From: Vermamoeba vermiformis
Lineage: Eukaryota
Direction of reading: 5' to 3'
NCBI GenBank assembly: GCA_045837725.1
Contig: JBEWZL010000087.1
Coordinates: forward strand, 62,001-126,000
DNA: 64,000 bases
The position numbers and the translations under genes were made by a program. Positions 38,457-51,995 of the stretch are shown piece after piece. The notes beneath the pieces were generated by a model. The model had not been told where the DNA came from. It was given only the letters and a program-made list of their open reading frames with translations, and searched no databases. Position 1 is the stretch's first letter. Each line of letters starts with the position of its first letter.

Positions 38457-41400
38457 TTAATAGTTGTCATTTGCATCGTTTTCATCTTCTTCAATAATAC
38501 CTTCAAACGCTTCATCGAGTTCCTTTTCAGTTATTTCACGATGAAAATCGATCCGATGTGACGAACAGAATACAATTTTTGAGAGCAGTTCTGTCACTGA
38601 TTCTGGCTTGTCAATACACACTTCGATGTACCGTGCAGTAGTGTTCTAACACATGAAAGGTTAGTAAGTGATGCTAAATTAGCATAAGAAGGATTTGCTC
38701 GTACATTCAAGGTGCCGCAAAAACACTTGTCTGTTTGATTCGGGACTGGTGCTCAATTTTGTTCCGACAAACAAAACTTGAAAATTTTCCGGATGCAACT
38801 GCGGATCCAACACGTGCTGGAACGATGATATGTCATCGACGTTGAAAAATAAAGCTACCAAGCCCGACACTGGTGCAAGCAGCCCATTGAACGCGTCAAG
38901 CCCCTAGAAATAATTATTAAATTAATTTTAATATTAAAATCGTCGTTAATCACTGCTCATTTTCCACCTCTCCGATAAAGTAGGTCATATGCACTTTGTC
39001 TTCATAGAGTATTTCAATATGGTAACCACTAAAGATGTGTTCTTGTTGGTCAGGGATGGAGCGACCTTTGATCTTGTTCTGTTGAGGTCAAAAAAAAAGT
39101 TTTTAGCTTAGCGCAACAATATTGTACCATACAATATTATTAACATTACGTACTGGTATTGCGTCAAGCAAAGTAGTTTTTCCGACGTTGTGAGCGCCAG
39201 CGAAGTACACCCATTCGTATTGAGGGGAGGCAAATCGTTCTTCACGAGTTCTCCACCGCCATGTCACATTCGTGTGCAAGCCTTCTGATGCTATTAATAG
39301 ATCAGAAATTAATTAATACCACCAATACCAAAATTACTTCTAATCGTTTGTACTTACTTGATTTGGTATCTTCGAGCACTTGCTTATACCGAGCAATAAA
39401 TGGATCGGTTGTGTCGAGTTCAGGTGCTTCTGGATAATCAATCCACGTCTCTTCATGAACGAATTTTGGCTCGTTTGGCGGAATTTGGTACCTCAAGTAG
39501 CCTAATATTTTTGAAACGAGTCGATCGACGTTCATATAAGTCGAAGGACACACGTCAAAGTAGTTCTCAGGCTATGAGAATAACAAAAAATTCAGAGACT
39601 GATTTACTGGAAAATAAATAAATTAATAAATAATACTTACTGGAGTATAGAACACCTGGCGCGTATATTTGCCATCGGGAATGATGCCTACAACTACCTT
39701 TGAGATAGCTGGAGTAATCTTGTTATTCGAAGAAAAGGATTTGTAGTCAGCAACGGAGAACGTTTCAACGATCATATTCTGGTCCTCTGAAAGAAATCCA
39801 GCAAAAAGGAGCTGTAGGAGGTCATTAATTAGGGTTTAATCGATTAGATCTACTTACGTCAAAAATCGGGTCGACAGGTTTCACCTCCAAAATTAACTGA
39901 ATAATTGCTTTGTTCTCGTACAAAATATAGGTACTGAGCTAAGTATAATATTATTAGTAAAATAAGGTTGAAATGAATTTTGTACGTACTTTATCGGTTT
40001 CTGATGAAGCACATGGACCATGGATCTGCGCCAAAGAATTATTATAATTAGAATTTCTAAGAAAATAAATAAATACATGATATTCGTACCTGTATCGATT
40101 TGATAAGCGCCTTCGTTTCCTTTTCGGGACCATTGAAAGCAATTCGAAAACAGTAGTCACGACTGAGGTGCCTCAACTCCTTCTTTTTCATGAACCGCCA
40201 ATTGACGTCTCTAATTTGAAATTATTATTAGACTAAAATTTCTTGTTAATGATGGATCCTACTCTTTTAGCGGCTGATCTGGATCGAACTTATAAAAATA
40301 ATTTTGTGTACTAATGTCCTGTTGAAACTTATTTTTGGCTGATTCGTCTATTTAAAGTTAGCATATTAGCGCTGTAGGTATTGTTCGTTCTTACTGGACT
40401 GCAATTCGTCGAACAGTTTTTCGATCAGCATTGCTTGGTGCATTTCCTCATTGATTAGCTTGTGGGATAAATAGCTCAAAAGCTTTGATATGAGTTGATC
40501 GATGTTTTTGCCAGTCTTAGCGGATACCTCCAAGTATCTCGGTACGGCCTAAAAAGAAATTTCAAATTTTATTAATTTGTACAATCACTGCGTCGGTCGT
40601 TTATTAAGCATTAAAATAAAATAGCTATCTCGAACTGTATAAAATGCATATTAATCATCTTTATAGGGCCTACCTTGCATGGAATAACGTCGAGTTGGCG
40701 GATCGCGTCATCATCGGCCTTTGTACCGACGATTATAAAGAGACCACGTGACTCTTGTCCAAACTTTTCAATTTTAGTAAAACTAGCTCGATTTGATATG
40801 TCAACGAGGACTATTTTTAGGTCTGCTCGATAATATTCCTCGTTGGGAGCTGTCATGGGATCCTCGCTTAAGCTGAGACTTTCGAGATCTACAGCGGTGA
40901 AACGCAATTCTACGAGCAAATTATTGCAAAATATGAAAGCAGAGCCCTAGTGACTAATATTAGAATCACTTTGCGATAAGTTTTTCGGATCCGCACCTCA
41001 TCTTCGGATTCCAATGGCTGATCTCGACCCTATTTAAGCGAGGTGAGCGTAGATTGACAATAAAAATAGAATCTTACGCATAATGCGCGCAATAGTGATG
41101 TTTTACCGCACAAGGCGTTCCCAGTAATGACAAACCTGAAAAATCAAATCTGGTTTTTGTGTTAACGTTGGTTTCTGCTCGCTTCCAAGATACTTCTCTA
41201 ATATATATATTTAGATTAATTAGAATATCAAGGGATCTTCTTACTTAAGCGGCTGGATTTGAGCATTTACAGCCTGCCTCATTTTTTGAAATTTAAGCAC
41301 CGAATTTTTCCCTAGTAATGTATATTAGAGATTAGGTTAAGGAATAATTTCATAATATATTGTTATTTGATTTGTAAATTTCTGTAATTTCTTACAAGCC

Positions 41401-41594
41401 TTTTCCTCGTCGCTCAGCAAATCACGCAACCGATAGAGGTCAGAAATATCGTATCGTTTGGTTTCAATATTGAATAATTTGCACACTCGTTTTAAATATT
41501 GGAATCGCCAGTGAGTGAACAAATAGCCCAAGATCTGGAAAAGGATCTCTGGTGGAATGCTTTCAACCAAAGAAGGAGGGTTATTATCTTGCAT
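38457..41594 (-). CDS. F-box protein fused to three tandem Ras-like (degenerate) GTPase domains, many exons
   Basis: F-box 'ESIPPEILFQILGYL...LKRVCKLF'; domain 1 GNALCGKTS / VGTKAD / EVSAKTG; domain 2 'RIAFNGPEKETK...FSVADYKSF...VVVG...FDVCP'; domain 3 GAHNVGKTT / FNVDDISSF / VGTK / YIEV; an exon at ~40263-40347 links domains 1 and 2 in frame. Confidence 0.75.
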
Positions 41595-41787
41595 GTGTGT
41601 TGCGTATCTTATTTACATAATTAAAAAAAAGAATAAATCTCCTCGAGATAATCAGAACAAATCGGAATTCTATTTCAACAGTTGAACCCTAATCTTGGTT
41701 GGTGATGTAACCGTTGAATATTAAATCAGATCAGCAAAATTAAATCAGCTCACAAGCAATGAAAGAATATTAACACGCCTTTTAAGT

Positions 41788-44180
41788 TTATTTCATTTTG
41801 AAGTCAGCTTGTACATCCGGGATCTCATTATTCTCGCGTTTTTCTACTTTAATAATGAGCTGTTCAGTAAAATCTTTAGGAGGTGGCTTATAATCGACAG
41901 GCTTCTCCTTGTTCGATGACAAACTCAGATCTACGGTAGGCATTCGCTTCAAATCGAAAATTTCATAATAAAAGCGAGAGCTCCACTCATAAATAAATGC
42001 CGTGTATCGTCTAATTAATAATAAATCGTTAGAATGAACTCAAAAAAAGTTTTTTTAAGGACAGATCTGCTTACGATTCCACCAGCGGTGAGGATCCTTT
42101 AATAGTTGGCTTAAGCAGCATACCATCGTCGTTCCATTCGTAAATAAATGCTTTCTCTGTCATTAAAGTTAATACTATTTCTTATTATTATGAAATTATT
42201 GCGCCTGTACGTACTTAAGCTGGTCATGAAAGGTGCTGCATTCCAACCATCGTAGTACTTCGGATTCAAGCCTGTTTTGCCCGACAAGTAGTTCAACAGA
42301 TTGTACGCGACAACTGAAGACTGACGCAAGGCCGTGCCTGCTGTCGTGTGCATTGGGAACGCGCATGAACCGAGCGCATAGACGTTCTTGTGGTCTTTGT
42401 GTTGTAGCGTGAATCGGTTGATATCAACGAGTCCTGATTTGTTGGCCAATGAACTGGCTTTTACGTAGTCATCTGGAACGGCAGACGGCGTGAAGTGCAT
42501 TGCAACGAACGGCACGGTCACTTCAGCTTTGCTTCCTGGCTGCGTGAAAATAGCTTTACGGCTGTCGTGCAAAAACAAGATTAACGAACTGTTTCTCGAA
42601 TGAGCTCAAGTAATAACTTACTCTATATCACTCACAGCTACTAAGTTGTGTCTTGGGAACAAATTAATGCGATTTTGCTTGAGCAAGAGTTTGAGCTTAT
42701 CCCCTAACAAATCAACGTCGAACAAAGGAGGTTTGTCGCCAGGGAAGAACAAATCAATCGTGTAGTTGTATCGCAACTTCATTTGCTTCATTTTGTCGTG
42801 CAACATGAATAAGACCTGACAACAACAAATAAGTATTGCAAAAAATATGTATGCCGGTTCGATTTTTGTTGTCAAGTTTGGACTTACGGAGTATAAGATC
42901 TCAGGCTCTGCAACGTTTGTGCTGGATTCTAATGCGAAGACAATACGACCTTTGGTGGTTTCTGAAAGGTTTTGGGTCAGTACTCGTTCGACATCTCCAG
43001 AGCTGTCGTAGAAATGTGCGGATGTGACGGACTCAAGATCTCTTCTAAGTTCAATTTCATTTAACGGGTTTTCCTCTGGACTTTTAAGTCTTTGTTTCGT
43101 CATAACGCGCGAGTATTGTTGCACGAGGTATCGAAGTCGATTGTCGCGCACAATTGGATCTTCGATGCCAGCTACGTTTTTGAATGACTTATTCAAGCCA
43201 GTAGCAACAATCATCGCATCATAATGGACGGTCCTGTTAACTATAAGATGTTGCACACGTTAGTATTAGTCTTCTGTAAGTCTGATATGTCGCTGATCTG
43301 CTTAGATCACGTAGATCTCGCTAGCACTTACGAACAGTTTTAACGTAGTTCTTGGTCGGATGGAACTCTGCTACTCTGTCTTCAATGAGAGTTACACCAG
43401 GAGGAACAATGTCCTTCAATAACTTGGTTGAAGTCTTTCTGTGTTTGACCTTGTTGAATCCGAGCAACGGGAACAAAGTTTCATTGTAATGCTGGAGGAT
43501 AACGAAGCGCTATGTTAGTACGCACTTTCTACTATATGTGTAATATAATGAAGCAAATGTTGCTAGCAAGTGAAGCAAAATAAGCAAAAAATTTATCGAG
43601 TTACTCACCACTTTGCTGTGGTCAATAATACCAATGTCAAGGTCCATTTCCTTTGCCATGCCTACTAAGTCATTGGCGACGGCAAGTCCTCCAGCACCTA
43701 ATACAATTTTTAGCAAAAAATGCCGATTTAATGCATAGTTTGTCATTCAGATCTCGATCGACGATCTGTTTCGGTACTCACCGGCTCCAACAATTAAAAC
43801 TCTGTTTCGCGATTCAATGGGTTTAGGCAACACTTTGGTCAATATTTCTGGTGGTACTCTTGCTAGATCTGCTTCAGTTTTGACTACCTCGACAACAGAT
43901 TCTTTTCTGATAGTGTAATCGTATTTAGATAACTCCTTGTCTGTCTCTGCTTTTTTGTCCGGCACTTTATCGCTTTTATATCGTACTTGCAAAGCGAATA
44001 TTTGCTTGGTTTTTGCGGCTGACAATAATAAAAATTAATTTAATTATTTACAATAGAGATCGCGCAGTATTGGCATGTTTTCTCGTGAAAATTTAATTGC
44101 TCATTTAAGAGAATATTACAAAAATTATTTGAGCTGAAAATACCTTTGACCGCGCTGACTGCCTGCCTAATCCAACTCAT
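41788..44180 (-). CDS. Sulfide:quinone oxidoreductase-like flavoprotein, probably mitochondrial, catalytic Cys absent
   Basis: Basic presequence-like 'MSWIRQAVSAVK...', Rossmann 'VLIVGAG/AGGLAVA', 'YDAMIVATG', 'GLVDINRFTLQHKDHKNVYALG', 'YDG...P'. Confidence 0.85.
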
Positions 44181-44743
44181 TATCTAGATCTATGCTTATT
44201 ACACGCTTTTCGGCCTAGTATAACGCAGGAAAAATAATATTTACAACCTAGGACCGTTTGGTGTTGGTATTAGAAGCGTCCAAAATAAAAATAATCGCGT
44301 GCACGTTTGTGGGTTCACTCGTTCTACCGGCGTGACAGGCGAACAATACGATACGGGATATTGTTAGCAATAATAATTAAGGACTTATATAAGAGCAATT
44401 AATCATTAAAAACTCAACGTTTTGCGTAATGATGGAAGAATCCGGTGTCAAACGGGTTAAAACCGAATCTGCTTCACTGACAGCAAGTAACAGACGGCTC
44501 AGATTTCACTGAGACTTCAGTAATTGTAATGTCAGTTAATAGTTCTTTTTTTGATGTGGTGCGTTTATTTGACCGTTTTCGCGTTTCTGACGTAAGCAGC
44601 CAAAATGAAAAAGATTTCAAACGTGCAAATTTATCATTATTTTTAAAATAGAGGCCTCATCTGCTTATATTAATTATCAGTCATATTGATAATATCAGTC
44701 CCAGCACTTCAGCACTTGATATTTCAGAACCAATTGTAAACAG

Positions 44744-47700
44744 ATGTCTGCCTTTATCAACTTGTTTGAAACTGAAAGTAAGCGAGTCAAAGGTCTTGCA
44801 TTTCACCCTAGCAGACCTTGGATCCTCGCCTCGTTGCACACTGGTTTGATCCAGCTTTGGGACTACCGGATTAAAACTTTGGTTGATCAATTCAACGAGC
44901 ACGATGGTAATAATTTGAATTTAGCTGTATAATAGTGATACAACGAATCATACGGCATTATTGAATATTTTAATTAATTTTATATAATTTTGTAGGACCT
45001 GTAAGAGGCATTGCTTTTCATCCGACTCAACCCATCTTCGTCTCTGGTGGTGATGATTTCAAAATTAAAGTGTGGAATTATAAAGAAAGACGATGCTTAT
45101 TTACTTTGCTCGGACACACTGACTACGTGCGCACCGTTCAGTTCCACAAAGAGTACCCTTGGATTTTGACTGCATCCGATGATCAATCTATTAGGTAATA
45201 CTCATACGTTTGCTAGACTACAATATTATCATATTTTCAATATTTCATATTTATTTAACGCTATTGTAGAATTTGGAACTGGCAATCTCGTCAATGCATC
45301 TGCGTGCTTACTGGCCACAGCCATTACGTTATGTGCGCTCAATTCCATCCTACTGAAGATCTCGTTGTTTCAGCCAGTCTTGACTTGACTGTTCGTGTTT
45401 GGGATATTAGTGGTAAGTACAGACTGATATTTTCAAAACTATTGGTGAATCTGCATTTTGAAGCAGCAAATATTTTATTCAACGCTCTTTTACCGTACAA
45501 ATCAATATTATGCCCACAAGAGATGATTTTTCGTATTATTTGAATTTTGAAAAATATTCCGACGTTGCATTGCAAATACTCATTTTGTTACCCTTAGCTC
45601 TGCGTAAGAAAAATATTGCTCCGAACACTCAGCCCGAGGACGCCGGTCAAAGACTTCAAAACGAATTGTTCGGCAGCACTGATGTCTTCGTCAAGTTTGT
45701 TCTTGAAGGACACGATCGTGGTGTTAACTGGGCCAGCTTCCATCCGACTCAACCTCTCATTATCTCCGGTGCTGATGACAGACAGATCAAGTTGTGGCGT
45801 ATGAACGGTAAGTCACGTTATAACTAGACTCTAGAGTTTGCCTAACATTTGTGCCCGTAATTGATCCGATCTTGATCCGGGTTCACAATACTAGTTTTTA
45901 ACGACGTCAGCAAATTACCAACGATTTTATTAAATTTATTTCATTTATTAATTGGATTTTTCACGTAGATACCAAGGCTTGGGAAGTCGACACTTTCAGA
46001 GGTCACTACAACAACATTTCTTGCTGTATCTTCCACCCTCGTGCCGATTTGGTTATTTCCGACTCAGAAGACAAGTCCGTGCGTGTTTGGGACTTGTCTA
46101 AGCGCACTAACTTGCTCACTTACCGTCGTGAGAATGACCGATTCTGGATCCTGTCTCAACACCCTGAGTACGTTGACGCGTGAACTTTATGTTATAACTA
46201 ATTATTAATAACGATTGCTTGAGTAGATTGAACTTGTTTGCAGCTGGTCACGACAGTGGTTTGATTATTTTCAAATTGGAGAAGGAACGTCCGACTTACT
46301 TCTCGCAAAAGAACGAGCTACTGTTCTACATTAAGGACAAGTACTTGCGCATCTACGAGTACGCTTCTGCTCGTGACATGCCCATCTTGTCAATCACCAA
46401 GCGACCAGTCGCTCCTAGATTCGTTCACTACAACCCTGCTGAGCGTGCTGTGATCGTGTTCTACGAATTGGACAATAACGTCAACTCGTACGATTACTAC
46501 CAAATCCCCAAGAACAGCGATGCCTCCGTTGATCCTCGTCGCTCATCTTGCGTCTCCGTCGCTTGGGTTGCTCGTGACCGCTTTGCCGTTCTTGAGAAGA
46601 GCAACATCGTAAGCATTTTTATTGCTAACAAACGAAAGTACACAGCTTCAATTTCTAACGTACGTATTTTGTGCAGCTCGTGTTGAAGAATTTGCAGAAT
46701 GAAACTACCAAGAGCATTCAATTGGACATGTCTTTCGATATGTTGTTGCCTGCTTATCCTGGTGCTTTGATCTTGCGCAGCGAGGACAGATTGGTGTTGT
46801 ACGACATTCACCAGTTCCGTTCTTTGGCTGAAGTCAGCTTGCACAACGTCAAGTTCGTGTCATGGTCCCCGAAGGAGAAGGACGGCCTTGTTGCCTTCTT
46901 GGGCCGCGATTGTAAGTAGTCTTCATTCTTTTATTTTGGCGCGTGCTGACTACTCCCGACAGCCATCGTTATTGCCAACAAGCGCCTCGAAGTCTTGTGC
47001 TCTGTTCGCGAGACTATGCGCATCAAGGGTGGTGCTTGGAGCGAGAACGAAGTGTTCATTTACAACACTACCAGCCACATCAAGTACTTGTTGCCCAACG
47101 GGTATGTTACTCCGAGCTTTAGAGTCTCGTCGATTAATCGCTAATTATATTCGTTACATTAGTGACGGTGGTATCATCCGTACTTTGGACATTCCTATTT
47201 ACATCACGGCTGTTCGTGGCAACAAGATTCACTGCTTGGACCGTGAGATCCGCAACAGATCTATCACCATTGACACGACTGAGTTCACGTTCAAACAAGC
47301 CTTGATCAACAACAACTTCAACGAGGTCATGAAGATGGTTCGCAACTCGAAGCTGATGGGTCAAGCTATCATTTCCTACTTGCAAAAGAAAGGCCACCCC
47401 GAGATTGCCTTGCACTTTGTTCAAGACGAGAAGACTCGCTTCAGCTTGGCTCTTGAATGCGGAAACATTGACATTGCTCTCGATGCTGCCAAGAAGTTGG
47501 ACGATAAAGACATCTGGCAACGATTGGGCGAGGAAGCTTTGCGCCAAGGCAACCACCAAGTCGTCGAGTTGGCCTACCAAAAGACCAAGAACTTTGAGCG
47601 CTTGTCGTTCTTGTACTTGATCACTGGTAACGTAGAGAACTTGCGCACGATGGCCAAGATTGCTCAAAAGAGAAACGACGTTATGGGTCGCTTCCAAACT

Positions 47701-49313
47701 GCCCTCTTGTTGGGTGACGTCGCTGAACGAATCAAGGTGCTCGAGGAGACTGGTCAAGTCCAATTGGCTTATATGACTGCTCGCTCTCACGGCCTCGAAG
47801 AAGATGCCACGAGATTGTGGGAGAAGATTCAACGTGTCCACCAAAAGAAGTTGGCAGCTGAAGGAGTCGAGAACGCTGATCAGCAAGTGCTCCCTCCTCC
47901 CGCTCTCGACTTGTCACGCTCCAAGTTGCTCTTCCCTGCTGTGCCCATCTTGAAGCTTGCTGACAGCAACTGGCCGTTGTTGACTGTTACCAAGGGTCCT
48001 TACGACGTCTCATTCCGCCCTGCTCCTGCTGCTCGCGGACCTACCGCCAGTGAGGCTCCCAAGACTAGCGTTGGTAGATATACCGAAGATGTTGACGTTG
48101 GTGAGGCCTCTGGCTGGGGTGATGACCTTGACGTCGCTCTTGATGGTGGCGAAGGCAAGCCTCGTGTTCCTGAAGACGAGCCTGTTGGTGCCGAACCCGA
48201 CCTTGGCGGTGGTGATGACTCCGCTTGGGGAGGCGATGACTTGTCTGACGTGCTCGGAGACATCAAGATCTCGACTGGTCCCGCCACCAAGGGCAGATCT
48301 AACGCTGTTGCTGTCTTCCCCAACGAGGGCATGACTGCTGCTCAAGCTTGGACTATGGCTTCACAGTTGCCTGGAGATCACGCCTCTGCTGGTGGCATGA
48401 GCATTTCTCAACTGTTGTCCACTCAAATTGGTGCCGTCAACTTCGCTCCTTTCACTACTCACGTTGCTACTTCACACCGTGCAACTCGCACTTGGTTGCC
48501 TTTGTCACCTGGATCTGCACCGATCTGCACTTACGGTCCTCGAAGAACAGACGATGGACCTCGTTCATTGCCATTGAGCATTCACGATATTAGTAGCTTG
48601 ACTGCTAAGCTCCAATTGGGCTACAAGGCAACTACCGGTGCTAAATTGCCCGAGGCCATTGGCTACTTCGAGAGCATTTTGGCTGAAGTGCCTTTTGTTG
48701 TCGTTTCAACTCGTGCTGAAGCTCAAGAAGTCAGAGAGTTGGTTGGCATCTGCCGCGAATACTTGGTCGGTCTCAAGTGTGAGATGAAACGAAAGGAATT
48801 GTTGGCCAAGGAAGCTGAGAGTAAGTCGAGATCTGGACTTAAGTTAGTTTACAAATACTAATTTTATTTATTATAGATGCTATTAGAATCGCAGAGCTTG
48901 CTGCTTACTTCACACACTGCAATTTGGAGCCGCCTCACTTGCAATTGACTTTGAGATCTGCTATGGCGATCTGCGTCAAGCTAAAGAACTTGCAGAGCGC
49001 TGCTTCTTTTGCACGAAGATTGATCGATCTAGCGCCTCCTCAAAACGTTGTTGAGCAAGCACAGAAAGTTTTGATTTTCTGCGAGCAAAACAAGTTTGTT
49101 GAAGAGAAGCCGATGAAGTATGACGAACGAAACCCGTTCGTTATTTGCGGCAGCACCTTCACGCCTATTTACAAGGGCAGTCCTCTAGTACGTTGCACAT
49201 ATTGCAGTGCACCATACTTGCCTGAATTCCAAGGCAAACAGTGCCAGATCTGCACGATCTCGGAGATCGGACGTGAAAACTGCACCGGTCTGCAAGTCAT
49301 GCAGAATAAGTAA
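44744..49313 (+). CDS. COPA: Coatomer subunit alpha
   Basis: '[35 protein letters not shown]', WD40 repeats, '[21 protein letters not shown]', '[11 protein letters not shown]', C-terminal Cys-rich 'NPFVICG...CTYC...CQIC'. Confidence 0.98.
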
Positions 49314-49526
49314 TGAAATATGTGCTAATTAATTAGTGCATATTATTTACTCTATCTATCCAATAAATAGTGTTTTAGTCATACGAACGTTTTTGGTCGC
49401 GCAGATCGTGAATTCACCGCAGTTTTTCGGCTCAAAAATACAATCATACGTGTTCTTGATTATTATTCGATTTTGATCGTGTAAACAACGATCTTATTGT
49501 TATATATTTGTAAATAGAGTTAAATA

Positions 49527-51210
49527 ATGAGCAGTAAAGCCAACGATCCACCCTCTGTCAGCTTACTAGCTGGTGGTGCAGCAGGTATGAAAATGCAAAC
49601 AATAATATTTTTATTATTAATTATCGCTGTACGGTGTGAGATAGGCCGACGCTGCAGCGTCGCGAGATCTTGGCCCGTTTAATTCCGAAATTATTTTATT
49701 TTCAATTGCGTTAGCCTTTTAACGTTTTCTTTTGCTATAAATATTAATACAATCAAACAATCTAATGGAATAAAATATTGTTGAATTAATTGTTGTTGGT
49801 GCAATTGGATCTGAACTCAGATCTAACGATAAACTTGTAGGCATGGTGGCTGATGCGATCGTTCACCCTGTAGACACCGTTAGAGCGAGAATACAAGTGC
49901 AGGTAAGATGAGCGAATAATGCACTAGATCTGCTCAAGGGTTGACAGGACCGGATCACGAACTGACCTCATTTATCTTTTAGTCCGGAAACCACGGCTTA
50001 GTTAGCACTTATTATAATATTGTGACCAAAGAGGGTTGGCGAGCATTGTACAGAGGTTTTGGAATCGGTACGTAACGAAATTTTATCAAAAGAACAAAAG
50101 ATCCAATCATTTCTACAAAAAGCTCGAATCGATTTTACGAATGATAAACTGCTTATTTATACAATTCATTAGTTGTCGCGTTTACAACACCAGCACATGC
50201 GCTATACTTCTTGGGTTACGAGTTCGGCAAGAAGTACATTCAGCCACATAAGCCTGCCGATCAAAAAGGACCGTTAGTGCATTTTAGCGCCGGTTTAATT
50301 GCTGAATTGATGGGCGCATTGATATGGACTCCTATGGTAAGTTCTATTCAGATCCACAAAACAGATCGCAATTTGAAAATACTCATGAGCATATCGAACT
50401 AATTTATACGATACTATTTGATAGGACGTTGTTAAGCAACGATTGCAAACGCAACAAGGCTCAATTAAATATAAGAATTCTGCGCATGCTATTTTTACGA
50501 TTGGAAAACAAGAAGGCTTGCGAGGACTGTACAGAGTAAGTTCCCTTAATATAACAGTTATGACCTGTACATTATAGGACCATATAGTATATTATACTTA
50601 TTAATTGTGGATGATAGGGATTTTTTGCTAGTGTTGCTACATATGGACCATTTGTCGGCATTTACTTCACTTGCTACGAACAAAATAAGAAACTGTTTGC
50701 TAAATTACACAAAGTTGATACCGATAAGTTGCCTCTATATTCTCATTTAGGTAAGCTTTTCCATTTATTCGGCTACACGATCCGAATCTATGTACTGCCG
50801 ATTCGGTCTACGCTCTTAAACACTTAAAAATGCATAATATACTGACATTAATATTTATTTTAGTGAGTGGATTCGCTGCTGGAGCTACAGGTGCGGCAAT
50901 TACTTGCCCGTTGGATGTGGTCAAAACACGAATGCAAGTTCGAGCTGCCGGCGATACTACGGGCTACAAAACTACAGCGCAGGCATTTAAGACCATTTTG
51001 AAGCAAGAAGGACCAAAGGCGTTCTTTAAGGGATTGAGCGCAAGAATTTTGTGGATCGCACCTGGAACTGCCATTACAATTGCTGCCTGTAAGTAACAAC
51101 TTATCGGTAAATAGGTTATCTAATATTATGTAGATGAACAATGCAGGCGAGGTGTCCTCTACACGTTCAATAAGCTGCACGTGAACACAAACGACAAAGA
51201 CGAAAAATAA
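49527..51210 (+). CDS. Mitochondrial carrier (SLC25 family), multi-exon
   Basis: Three PxDxxK/R signatures: 'HPVDTVRAR', 'TPM/DVVKQR', 'CPLDVVKTR'; EGxxxxY/FxG motifs. Confidence 0.93.
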
Positions 51211-51995
51211 ATCCGGATCGGTTACCGAGGTAAATCAGTATTTTTTCGCTTATCATCGCTAACTAATTTACATGACCGTTATTTTTCAAATTAAATCGAA
51301 AAAGAAAATCTTTTTCGGCACGAGCAAACGTCAATGTATTGTCAATGTATTGTCATAATACTGCGGATGTTCCTAAACGTGCACACAAATTGATTTTATT
51401 TCCATTATGCATCCATTAAGTTAATTATAGTGGCATTAACTTACCGCAACGTGCTAGTTTTCGTGCAGAAAACTAATTTTATAAATAATTCGGTTAGTGT
51501 CACTGGTGTCACACGTTGTCGCAATTGTGATTCAGAATGTACATTTCGTCCGGTCACATAGTCAGTTAATTGATTTAAGCGAATTTGTTGCATAAAGCAA
51601 CGATAAAACAGAGTATTGCAGCCAACCTGATCTCGCTAATTCATTGCGGATCAGCAAATTATTGTGAAAAGTTGACAATTAGGCCTAATTTGTTCTGGAT
51701 TCACATACGACTAGTATTGTTTACTCATTTACTTGATCTTTTCGATTAGATTTGCCGTTAAAATATGAAAATAACCAATAGTGGTAAACTGACAGGTTGA
51801 ATCCGTTGTTCGAACCATTCGTGTGAGCAATTCGAAACAATGTGTTTGCCAAGTGCACCTGAAATATGACCATTTAATAGCGAAATCTAATCCCGCAGTA
51901 TACTGAGCGTATCTTTCTCGCGAGACATAAAATTGTTCGCTGCTAAATTCTTCATTATGATTCAATTTCCATTGCAAGAGACAACAAGTCCGCTA

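Noticed and set aside
47134-48593. 250-aa minus ORF and other overlaps within COPA
   Set aside because: Shadow ORFs caused by codon bias of a conserved gene.
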